Part shown: one piece after another, positions 52,718 through 64,000 of the stretch
How the letters are laid out: every line of letters begins with the position of its first letter
Position numbering within the stretch: position 1 is the first letter of the stretch
Notes under the pieces: model-generated
What the model saw: only the letters and a program-made list of their open reading frames with translations
Database searches by the model: none
What the model was told of the DNA's origin: nothing
Translations under genes and position numbers: made by a program
Origin: Tubulanus polymorphus
Lineage: Eukaryota > Animalia > Nemertea
Length of the DNA: 64,000 bases
Assembly (NCBI RefSeq): GCF_964204645.1
Contig: NC_134031.1
Location: forward strand, 682,001-746,000
Reading direction: 5' to 3'

Positions 52718-55700
52718 ATGAATAATAAGATGCCGATGCTGTCACGGATTATCGCTGGTGTTGCGGTAGTTGTAATATTTATAGTGATTATTATCGCGTA
52801 TACTCTTCAGGGTGGATATCATAGTTTATCGTTCACTAAGAAAGAGCCATGTCAATTCGAGGTAAGAGTTCGTCTCCTCACTGAGTCACTCCAACCAAGT
52901 CCGATTCTCTCTCTGACTCGAGTCTGACTGGGTCTGGGAGAAGAAGCCTTCCCCTTTCTTGTCAATGTCAATCGTCTCTGGCTTGTTAATTTGCTCTCAC
53001 TCTAATAAGCCTTGTCCGAGGGCTGAAAACTTACACTTCTTTCTATCAATTCATGAGAACCTGAGCAGAGAAATGACAGGTAAAGGCTAAGGCAGGCCTT
53101 AAACTTTCAACAAAGCCCGGCCCTGCCTCATACTCACTTAGTCAGTAACCTGTCTGTGGTTTAGTTTCATGATCAGTTATTTTCTCAAAGCTCATCCGAT
53201 TATAAAAAGCTTACCACCAACGATTAGGTAACTAATACTCACTGTGAGCTAATCCGTGGTATACCCCCGTACTTAATACTAAGTGACTGCAGCACTGACT
53301 CCCCTCCCCCCCCCCCGACTGGTTCGTGTTGTCCCACCCGGTCACCACTGATTAAACTGTCTCATTTGTAACTTGTTTGCAGGAAAATTTGATTACACGA
53401 AAATTACCCGAAATTATGAATTTATTGGTAGATTTACGAGAAAGTAGTAAAACGATTTTAAACCGTTCTCCGCCCGAGACAGGTCTCAATATGAGAACCG
53501 AACTAGCCCCTTTAATACAACGTTTACATGAAATCAAATCCTTTTTAAAACTTCGAAAATTTCCCGATTTAAAAACGTCAGTAGTCGAGCCTATATCCCG
53601 GCTACTCGGTGAAATCCGGACTGATATTGACTCAAATAAGATACCGGCAGATCTTCAAACAAATCTCATAGATCCTATAGCTGAACATATAAAGGAAACT
53701 GAGACAGCGATGACTTCACTCGAAACTAAACTGAGTCACGTGATCAACGGCATCGAAATATTACGAACTGAGTTCGATACAAAAACTCAAACATCTTCAC
53801 TGATCCCGGCAGTCGATATCAGAGCTGAATTAAACCCTTTAATACAACGTGTTGAGGAACTGAAGGATGTTATTGATGCTAAACCTAAAGATGAAGCTGG
53901 TGATGTTGTAAGAGTCAAATCTATCTGCATGATTGCACCTGATGCTGAATGCGTAGATTCACGATACAGTAGACTCCGCTCAAGTCTACTGTACCAGATC
54001 TCTTGACTTGAGAGTGATATCCGAGTTGGATGATACAGTAGACTCCGCTCAAGTCTACTGTACCAGATCTCTTGACTTGAGAGTGATATCTGAGTTGGAT
54101 AATACAGTAGACTCCGCTCAAGTCGGATCTTTTGACTTGAGAGTGATATCTGAGTTGGATGGTACAGTAGACTCCGCTCAAGTCGGATCTTTTGACATGA
54201 GAGTGATATCTGAGTTGGATGGTACAGTAGACTCCGCTCAAGTCTGATCTTTTGACTTGAGAGCGATATCTGAGTTGGATAATACAGTCAACTCTGCTCA
54301 AGTCTGATCTTTTGACTTGAGAGTGATATCTGAGTTGGATGGTACAGTAGACTCCGCTCAAGTTGGATCTATTGACTTGAGAGTGATATCTGAGTTGGAT
54401 GATACAGTAGACTGCGCTCAAGTCTGATCTTTTGACTTGAGAGCGATATCTGAGTTGGATAATACAGTCAACTCTGCTCAAGTCTGATCTTTTGACTTGA
54501 GAGTGATATCTGAGTTGGATGGTACAGTAGACTCCGCTCAAGTCGGATCTTTTGACATGAGAGTGATATCTGAGTTGGATGGTACAGTAGACTCCGCTCA
54601 AGTCTGATCTTTTGACTTGAGAGTGATATCTGTGTTGGATGACGCAGTAGACTCCGCTCAAGTTGGATCTTTTGACATGAGAGTGATATCTGAGTTGGAT
54701 GGTACAGTAGACTCCGCTCAAGTCTGATCTTTTGACTTGAGAGTGATATCTGAGTTGGATGGTACAGTAGACTCCACTCAAGTCAGATCTTTTGACATGA
54801 GAGTGATATCTGAGCTGGATGGTTTTTCATAAGCAGAGTCAGAAAAATATTTCAAAAAACATCTAAAAGCTGAACCAGTCTCCTGTCTGTATCTGGATAT
54901 CTGGACATCATCCATGCAGGATACATACATTAGATTTTATGATCTCTATTCAGTGAACATAAATGCATTTATTAGCCTATTACATATATGTGGACATTTC
55001 ATATTTCATGAATTATCTATTAACTACTCTATCAATTCAATCAGTTAATTTTTTTCAAGCTTTTTTTGCTAATTGCTTATTTCCAATGCATGCACCGAAG
55101 TGTAGGCTGTATTAAGTTGTGAAACCGCTTTTTTAGATCAACCCGACCCAGTTCAACAGTTACACTGAAATTCATTACATTTGGGTTGAAAAGATAAATG
55201 AACTAAATTTCAAGAGCAGAGTTTTCTGTGGAACTGAGTCTTATGTAGAATACGACAGTAGATACCAGCATCTCTGATAGTTTCCCATTGCATGATTCTA
55301 TCTATAGGGTGGGATCCATTTCGAAATACCAGTATTTCAGGATCTGCCCCAATTACTTGTTTCAGTAATTAGAGAAGTATGCCAGGGTTCGTAGCGATCA
55401 TTGAAAGTCATGAAATGGGAATAGGTGTCAATTCAAGGCCTTGAAAGTCATGTAAGTGCCTCTAAAGTCCTATGCTAAGAAACTCTGCTGAGAAACGGTT
55501 TTTGTGTTGAAATGTTGTAGGTGGATAAAGTGAAACAGAGCGTAGACGTGTTATCCAATCAGCTGAAAGATTCTTCTGTACATCAAAATCGAATTCTAGA
55601 TTTACAGAAAGAACTTACTTACGAAAAATCACAAATCGCTAAATTGAAAGCTGATCTTAACGCTAAGGTTAAACAGCACGATGTAAGGATGAAAAATATT

Positions 55701-57975
55701 AAGTTTTCTCAGTTCATGAAGCACAAAATCATATTAATCTTTTGTTGTTTTTTGTTTCTGCGTAATTTTCGTTTAGGATTTAGTCGAAAGTCATCAGTTA
55801 TTAAAAACACAACTCAATCAGAAATCAGATACGTCTAATGTTGAGGAAGGTTTAGAGGATATAAAACAACGACTGGACGCGATTAAAAATAGCAGAGGTC
55901 TCACTGTAAGAATCTACTCATTATTTATCATTCAATCTGCCGTTTAACTATTGTATAAGGTTCCACGGCCCCTAATTGCTTTTACATATTGAATCTCAGG
56001 AGCCAAGCTTTAGATCGATAGTATCTAATTTATCTTGATGTTTTTCATGACAATCTGCTGTCTTTACCCTGCGCCCTCTAAACAATCTGCTGTCTGTACC
56101 CTGCACCACCCTCAGACTGTTGCCTGTACCCTGCACCCTTTAAACAATCTGCTGTCTGTACCCTGCGCCCTTTAAACAATCTTCTGTCTGTTCCCTGCAC
56201 CACCCTCAGACTGTTGCCTGTACCCTGCGCCCTTTAAACAATCTGCTGTCTGTACCCTGTGCCCTTTAAACAATCTGCTGTCTGTTCCCTGCACCACCCT
56301 CAGACTGTTGCCTGTACCCTGCGCCCTTTAAACAATCTGCTGTCTGTACCCTGCGCCCTTTAAACAATCTGCTGTCTGTTCCCTGCACCACCCTCAGACT
56401 GTTGCCTGTACCCTGCGCCAACTGCTGTCTGAGGGTGGACTGGTTGATGTAGGTATATAATACTAGTGAATAGATCCAGCTGGTTGTGAGGGTGCCTGCT
56501 GCAGCTTGACTCAAACCAATTATTCAAAATTATGTTAATATAGGCCTAACAGATGTTTGACTTCGATAAATTAATGTGATATTATAGTTTATATCTGGAT
56601 TAATAGATCACAAACAATCGATTATTTATTCCAATCATAGATCTGTGCATAACATACATATCTGAACAGTTAAATAAGTGTCAAACCCACTAGGCCTATA
56701 TACAGAATTGAAAAGAGTAAAAACGAGAGATGGCGATGATCTCTATAGAGAGAATTCGAAACATTGTGTGTTTTGATTTCAATTCTTGATAAGTAAAATT
56801 CGTTTTTAATCTCTTAATTTCTGTATATAGTGGGTTTAAAACATAAGAAGTGTTCTTCACGTCAGAGTGTACCGGGGTTATTCTTCCACTGAACAGTTAT
56901 TTTAGCTTCATTTCCTCGCGTTTCATACGCATCATCGCCCTCTAGATCCACCTTGAACTCCAAAATTGTCACACGGTGTTTTTCCATCAGTTGGTGCCCT
57001 TTTTATCAGAAAATGATTGTCAGACAACAGATAACTGTTTTTCTTTTAATTGTGTAAACTTTGATATCTAGTGTCAAATGTAATCAATAATTTACGAGGA
57101 AGCAGGTTTTGAGAACGCGGCGTAATCGTGTTGTTTTATTTCAGATTCCGGACGATTCGATGCCAGACGTTTATTTCAAGGTCGTCAATAAGAAATTGAT
57201 ACCGGTGACGATAGCGCAGATTCTTACTGAGAATCATTGCGTAAAACAATCTACAACATCGAACAACAACGCACAACAACCACGGGCTCCAGCGCAGAAA
57301 CAACAACAACAAGCTCCACAAGCCGATGAAAATGAGGATGAAGTCGATGAGGATTTAGATGAGGAGGAACCGGTGAAGGAAATATCTCCTCCGCGGCACC
57401 AGCCTCAACCGAAACAAACTTTGGTCATTAAACAATCTGATAGAAGATATCAGTTAGTGTATCCGGATACGACTGTATCGCTCGAACAGCTAGACAGAAT
57501 GTATCAATCGTAAGAATTCATTTTATTCATCTATTTCCAAGTTATCAACTATCTGCAGTAGACTGCACGCTTACCATGGAGCCACTTACCATGGGAGCCA
57601 CTTACCTCAGATTATCTGGCGCTCTGTGTGCCTCCAGACTCCAAGTCATCTGGTGATGACACTCCAACTGCCCCAGAATTCCTGGAGAGAATTCTGAGAT
57701 CTGTGGCTAACCTGCAGTCTACTATAGATAGTAAAATGAATCTAGTGATAAACAGTATTTTAATTTTCAAATTGTTTAACTGAAATAACGGTTATATTTG
57801 TTGTATTTACAGTAAAGTGACAACGATTCAGGTGAAATGTAGAGATCGTCAGAGATTTGGATCTCAAGGTGACGGTGGTTGGGATGTGTGTATGGATTCA
57901 CCGTTTACTCTTAAAAAACCGTGTTTAGTTTATTCATTCGGGTGAGTACCAGCAACAGCAGTAACAGTAACAGTA

Positions 57976-58014
<39 letters not shown>

Positions 58015-60116
58015 TCAGCACCAGCAGCAGTTGCAGCAGTAACAGTATCAGCAGCAGCAGCAGTTGCAGCAGTAACAGTATCAGCACCAGCAGCAGCAGC
58101 AGTTGCGGTAGCAGTTGCAACAGCATTATCAACAGCACCAGTTTATAGTAATCTAAATCATCTCTAAAATTGTAAGAAATATAATGTAATAATTGTCTGT
58201 ATTTTTGTTACAGTATAAACTGGGATTTCCAGTTTGATGACGCTGTTGACAGAAGAGCTCAATGTGAAGTTCATTGTTTTGATCCAAGGTTTGTTTTGTT
58301 TCTGGATCGACCCCTGCAGTTCCTGGATCGACCCCTGCAGTTCCTGGATCGACCCCTGCAGTTCCTGGATCGACCCCTGCAGTTCCTGGATCGACCCCTG
58401 CAGTTCCTGGATCGACCCCTGCAGTTCCTGGATCGACCCCTGCAGTTCCTGGATCGACCCCTGCAGTTCCTGGATCGACCCCTGCAGTTCCTGGATCGAC
58501 CCCTGCAGTTCCTGGATCGACCCCTGCAGTTTCTGGATCGACCCCTGCAGTTCCTGGATCGACCCCTGCAGTTCCTGGATCGATCCCTGCAGTTCCTGGA
58601 TCGACCCCTGCAGTTTCTGGATCGACCCCTGCAGTTCCTGGATCGACCCCTGCAGTTTCTGGATCGACCCCTGCAGTTCCTGGATCGATCCCTGCAGTTC
58701 CTGGATCGATCCCTTCAGTTTCTGGATCGATCCCTTCAGTTCCTGGATCGACCCCTGCAGTTTCTGGATCGATCCCTTCAGTTCCTGGATCGATCCCTGC
58801 AGTTCCTGGATCGACCCCTGCAGTTCCTGGATCGACCCCTGCAGTTCCTGGATCGATCCCTGCAGTTCCTGGATCGACCCCTGCAGTTCCTGGATCGATC
58901 CCTTCAGTTCCTGGATCGATCCCTTCAGTTCCTGGATCGATCCCTTCAGTTCCTGGATCGATCCCTGCAGTTCCTGGATCGATCCCTTCAGTTCCTGGAT
59001 CGACCCCTGCAGTTCCTGGATCGACCCATGCAGTTCCTGCGAAGTTGATATGAATGAAGTTGTTATTATATGTTTATAATTTTCAGTATGAATTCTGGAG
59101 ATTTCCGACGTTCTAACAACGTGATGTTCTATAATCTGGGAATATCAGGACGCAACGGAAGAATGAACGGCTGGAATGTGAAAACTTTAAAACAAATCAT
59201 GAAAGATTTAGGACATTCAGACGTATGTAAAATAAGAATTTATTTTCTTAGGGTTTTCTATCCCTCAACCATTGAGCCGCTCTACCCATTGAACGCCACT
59301 CTGAGCACCCCTCTACCCACTGAGCGCCACTCAGGGCACCCCTCTACCCGCTGAGCGCCACGCAGGGCACCCCGCTACCCGCTGAGCGCCACTCTGAGCA
59401 CCCCTCTACCCACTGAGCGCCACTCTGGGCACCCCTCTACCCGCTGAGCGCCACTCAGGGCACCCCTCTACCCGCTGAGCGCCACTCTGAGCACCCCTCT
59501 ACCCGCTGAGCGCCACTCTGGGCACCCCTCTACACGCTGAGCGCCACTCAGGGCACCCCTCTACCCGCTGAGCGCCACTCTGAGCACCCCTCTACCCGCT
59601 GAGCGCCACTCTGAGCACCCCTCTACCCGCTGAGTGCCACTCAGAGCACCCCTCTACCCGCTGAGCGCCACTCTGGGCACCCCTCTACCCGCTGAGTGCC
59701 ACTCAGAGCATTATTAACAGGTTCAATGTTTCTTTTTCTCATCTGTATTTAACTGTTTGATGTGGTTTTTATTTGAAATCCTTATTTTTCAGAGAATAAT
59801 TGATTATTTGAAGATTGATGTTGAGTATTCAGAGTGGGATTCAATTGAAACAATGCTGAAAGACGGAACTCTGCGACATCAAGTAAAACAACTCGGAATA
59901 GAGTATCATTTACCGGAGTTAAATCAGGGTTTATACGGCCGATCGACTCGACTCAGTTTAGGACGTGAAATCGCTATTTTTAACACTCTAGAACAACACG
60001 GATTTAAACTGTATTTCTCACATATGAATCCGACCGGTGGATTTTTTTCCAGTATCACTCGTACTGATAAACATTGTTGTAATGAAGTTTATTACATAAA
60101 CACCAATTTCAAATGA
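52718..60116 (+). CDS. METTL24-like type II membrane methyltransferase with long stem; exons 52718-52861, 53383-53907, 55521-55682, 55777-55905, 57145-57509, 57813-57941, 58214-58288, 59087-59222, 59793-60116
   Basis: N-terminal hydrophobic anchor; GDGGWDVC, CLVYSFGI, CEVHCFDP, IDYLKIDVEYSEW, VKQLGIEYH motifs of the METTL24/Methyltransf_22 family; phases are consistent. Confidence 0.88.
53964..54822. repeat. 60-bp satellite (about 14 units)
   Basis: Same unit as 37210-37762. Confidence 0.95.
56050..56425. repeat. ~33-bp minisatellite
   Basis: aaacaatctgctgtctgtaccctgcgcccttt variants. Confidence 0.9.
56673..56888 (+). mobile_element. Decayed family A Penelope-type insert
   Basis: Homologous to 2060-2214; partial inverted copy upstream; CTGAACAGTTA duplicated at 56662 and 56889. 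Confidence 0.75.
58301..59039. repeat. 21-bp minisatellite
   Basis: cctggatcgacccctgcagtt units. Confidence 0.95.
59273..59710. repeat. 31-bp minisatellite
   Basis: ctgagcgccactctgagcacccctctacccg units. Confidence 0.95.
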
Positions 60117-61871
60117 TCGATGAATTCTTTAATTACGGTTTGATTTTAAAATGAAAATGAATTTAGTCAAAACATTGTTTCATTCGGAATGGTCTGTGTA
60201 ATAATTGCTGTACAGTAAACTGTACCTTTAACGGTAGCGTTGGGACTATTGATATTTCACTAAGTTGAAAGTCTCGATCCAGTTCCATAGCTGTGAGTTG
60301 AAATCCGAATCTTCTACAGTTTTTTAAGATATCGGATGCTTAACGAGTCTTCAAATCATAACTAACAACTGTTGAACTGGGTCCAGGGAAATTAAAGGTT
60401 TTTCTGAACACGCATTTGATCAGAACTCGCTGAGATTGAGATGAATTTACTGTCGGTTGATCATTTGTTCGTGTGGATTCAATGAATTCCTGATTGAAAT
60501 TGTATTGTCTCATCATGATTACCCCCTGACTCCTATTGAGTCTGTTGCAATTAACAGGGTTTGTAATATCCTGTCTTCCATGAAACAATATCTGTAAGTC
60601 TCTTGACTACTGGTCACTGATCCACTCCTGACCACTGGTCTCTACCCCACTGATCAGCGATCAGTTGCTCAAAGGTTGGTTAAAGTTAGCACCAGGGGCC
60701 AGTTGCACAGTCGTGACTTAAGTCAATAAGTGGTATTTAATCTTTAGACTGGTCTTAAGTTGTTAGATTGGCTATAGAACTAAGTTGGTCTTAGACTGGT
60801 CTTAAGTCTAAGCCATGACTCTGCAACTGACCCCTGCGGATAACACTGACGTAGTGTGAATTAAAACTGCGTTTCTACCATTTTGAACTGAACCAACTTT
60901 TGGATGACTGGTCAATGGCTAAAGATTATATATGCAAGGCTTGGAGCAGTGCTGTGGGCTGGGGGCAGTGCTGTGGGCTGGGGGCAGGGCTGTGGGCTGG
61001 GGGCAGTGCTGTGGGCTGGGAGCAGCGCTAGGTATGGCCCGGATGTGAACATTGAAATCGAACGGTACTTGACTGATAATATTTTGTATACTTCCATGGA
61101 ATATTTGTGAGGTCAGTGAGGTTAGTGAGGTCAGTGAGGTTAGCTTCACTGATCTGTAATTTCCCACCTTCTTCCCCTTTAAACATTACATAGATTATAT
61201 TGTATCATGTATTTTATATTGTCCATTATAATCTTTAAATTTTTGAGAGATGAAAAATCTTTTAATTCATCGGATGGAAAATGCTCGTTTTAATTATATT
61301 ATGATTACGATTATTGTTATTATTATGAAATCAAAGGTGCTTCAGTCAAAGTGTAAACTCCTACTCGACCTACAACAGGAGGGCTGTATTTCTGCTTGTG
61401 TTGAATGGTTGTGGGTTCAGTGCATAATGAATTGACTGTATATAGTTGTATTATTAGAATGTATTGTTTTATATTTCCCTGATTTCTCTGGCTATCGCCC
61501 TTTAGATATTCTCTGATTAAAGATATCCTCAGTGGGGGTAAATATAATTCCGGAATATCCTGATGGTCCCAGATCTGTGAGAACCCTATGTGCATGGATT
61601 ATAGATGAATTATGTATATTTGTAACTCATAATGGATGCATGTGGTGAAAGTAATCGTATCTAGTTATCTTTGACAGAATGTTATGAAATAAATATTTTG
61701 ATACGTAAAGAGAGTAGAAAATTGGTAATATGATTTATCATGGTCCCACAGAACAGGGAAATTGGGAAAAACTTGGGAATTTTGAAATAATAATTCCCAG
61801 TTTGAAGAATTTTCTCATATCGGGGGAATATTTGGGGAATTCATTACGTTTCACGTATTGCATGACTCATT

Positions 61872-61912
61872 CACCTGATGAAGCTTCCATTCATTAGAAG
61901 CGAAAGCTCGTG
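61872..61912 (+). ncRNA. Minimal type I hammerhead ribozyme, intact core (family B), within insert 61864-61992
   Basis: CAC-CTGATGA-A-GCTTC-cattcatta-GAAGC-GAAA-GCTC-GTG; GTATTGCAT duplicated at 61855 and 61993. Confidence 0.8.
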
Positions 61913-64000
61913 CGTCAAATCAACAGTTAATCTACACAGTACTACTCGTCTCGTTACTTATTTTAAACCTGGTTAACACGGCTACTCTACGAGTATTGCA
62001 TTTGCCAAAGGGCAACTTTCTTTAGCGATTTCCCTTGAAAATCACCTTTATCAACCAGTCACCGGTTAAATGTTGAATGTAGCGAGACGATAGGTGTTCA
62101 TTTACATTTGGGAAAATTGAAAAATCACCCATGAAATACTTTGTAAAACCTGGGAATTTTGAATTCATACAACTGTGGCAACCATGATTTATATTTGCAA
62201 TTTTCTACTCATTCTACGTATTAAAATACCTAATTCATAACAAGGTTGTATCGAAAAATAGTGTGAGCATGCATAGTAGACTACTTAGATATGGAATATT
62301 TCATCAAAAGATTTACATAATCTTTGAGCGATTTATGAATGAAGGAGTATTGAATACAATGGAACCTCGTCACAACAAACTACTGGTGTATAATGATTGA
62401 TTGGTTAAACCTTGAATTTCAAATAGTAAAATATTGATAGTTTCATACTGAATAATTAACATATTTTTTAGTCCGCCAGTCAAGAGTTCGTTGTAACAAG
62501 GTTCCACTTTGTGGACATTACTGGCAAAACCATGACGCTAGAATATGTGTGTTTTTTACGTATCAGTAAATCTTTTCATGAATCACTGTTTTGTGATAGT
62601 TGTATAAGGTGCATGCTTTTAGTTTCAATGATTATTGTACATTATAAATGATGAAATAAACTATTATTGTAAATGCGTTTTTATCCAATATCTTTTTTGA
62701 AGAGGTTGATGATTTCTAGAAAACTTTACTTGCTAAGACTAGAACAAATTCGCCCAAAACGCCCGTTGCTTGTGGCCATACTGTATAGAAAATCCCACAA
62801 TAATGACGAGAAAATAACGTTAAGTCCGAAAATGAAAGGTTGATTCAAAGGTTGATTCAAATGCAGCCCCTTGGGCTTGGCCCTGCTTTGTTTATTTCAT
62901 CGTTTTTTCTACCATGAGTTTTCTTCGAATATATAATATTGACTTTTATCACTTGTGATGACTCTTTCTCATATTCGAGAAGTTTGAATTGGTCAGTGTG
63001 GTCGATTTATGAATTTGTAATGGTGAATCATTTTAGTCTGACACTAAACGCGGTATATCGTTCTCATGTTCGAGAATTTTGAATTGGTCACTGGTGGTCA
63101 GTGATGATCAATCTATGAACTTATTAAAGAAATTTGTGGTTTGAATAGAACAGCGATCAGTGATTGGCTGACTTGGCGAACTTGTCACACCCCGCACAAT
63201 TTAAAATGACTTGAAATATTATGGCTGCTGACTACCTTTATCTCCCGATAGCTGTCACCAAAAAAGCAATTCTGTTGTTTCATTAGCAATAAAAAGTGAT
63301 AAAGATCTTAATAGATCTCCAAAAAGTGGATGCATTAAGATCGTAGGTATATCGGCAGGATCCAACTCGAAAGCAATGGAAATATCGTTCTTTATAACGG
63401 CCACATTCGTTCAACGTCATGTTTTTTTCACTAAAAGTGACATTATGAAAGACCTTTACTGTATTTACAAAAGGATGGCGGCAGTTTCAGCCGTGTCCAG
63501 TCATAATTGTAGAATCCTAACATGCTGGTCCTATATAGAGCATAAGCGGCGGCGAATATGTAAACTAACTGGACTGCAGGCTATTCCTAGTGCGGCATGC
63601 CAGTAATAAGTTAGTTCGCCGCTTATGCTTTATAAAGGGGCAGCACTAGACGGTTAGGATTTCACCCAGATCGCTATTCTTACTGTGGCACGTGAATAAC
63701 AGAGGTTTACGTTATTTGACTGGTGACGGTAAAAATAATTCTACCCACGAAAGGTTTTCTCCACTCCTTTCTCAGAAAATCCTATTTCTATTTTCATGGT
63801 CATCGTCCTTTAAAAAGCATTCCCTGGATGTCGATTTAAATGACAAATGCCACATGATCTACATCTAGTTCTAGTTTAAGTTTCGTGATGAGCATTGCAA
63901 TGTTTTGACTTAATCCTTAATCAGGGCCCAGTTCCACAGTTGTATTTAAATGTTTAAACTCTGAATCAAATCTTAACTCGGAACTGCGGAACTGTACACA

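Noticed and set aside
58234-59079. 281-aa and 250-aa repetitive ORFs
   Set aside because: 21-bp intronic minisatellite between METTL24-like exons
60340-61595. Minus-strand ORFs with possible acceptors
   Set aside because: No recognisable domain or consistent exon chain; one runs into a MITE

Overview
Gene-dense, intron-rich, AT-rich invertebrate animal genomic DNA; no prokaryotic content and no CRISPR. Exon chains were rebuilt by eye from GT-AG junctions and reading frame. In order: 3' end and LTR of a BEL/Pao retrotransposon; 3' exons of a neprilysin (M13) peptidase (+); spermidine synthase (-); a decayed tandem triplication around an intronless, frameshifted dCMP-deaminase copy with a His->Cys zinc-ligand change (-); an intronless rhodopsin-class GPCR (+); TMEM141 (+); SCAI (-, about 20 kb); a two-finger C2H2 gene (+, divergent from SCAI); and a METTL24-like membrane-anchored methyltransferase with a long stem (+). 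Many introns carry private minisatellites, which generate most of the long spurious ORFs in the ORF track. Most interesting: (1) six short Penelope-type inserts carrying minimal hammerhead-ribozyme motifs, two as near-complete fold-backs and most with apparent target-site duplications; (2) five frame-preserving mini/micro-exons (24, 6, 36, 6, 30 nt) plus a 36-nt cassette in SCAI; (3) a ~30-bp-periodic array of CTCF-consensus motifs in a SCAI intron; (4) the dCMP-deaminase birth-and-death cluster; (5) satellites that appear to grow out of MITE termini. No searches or folding programs were run.
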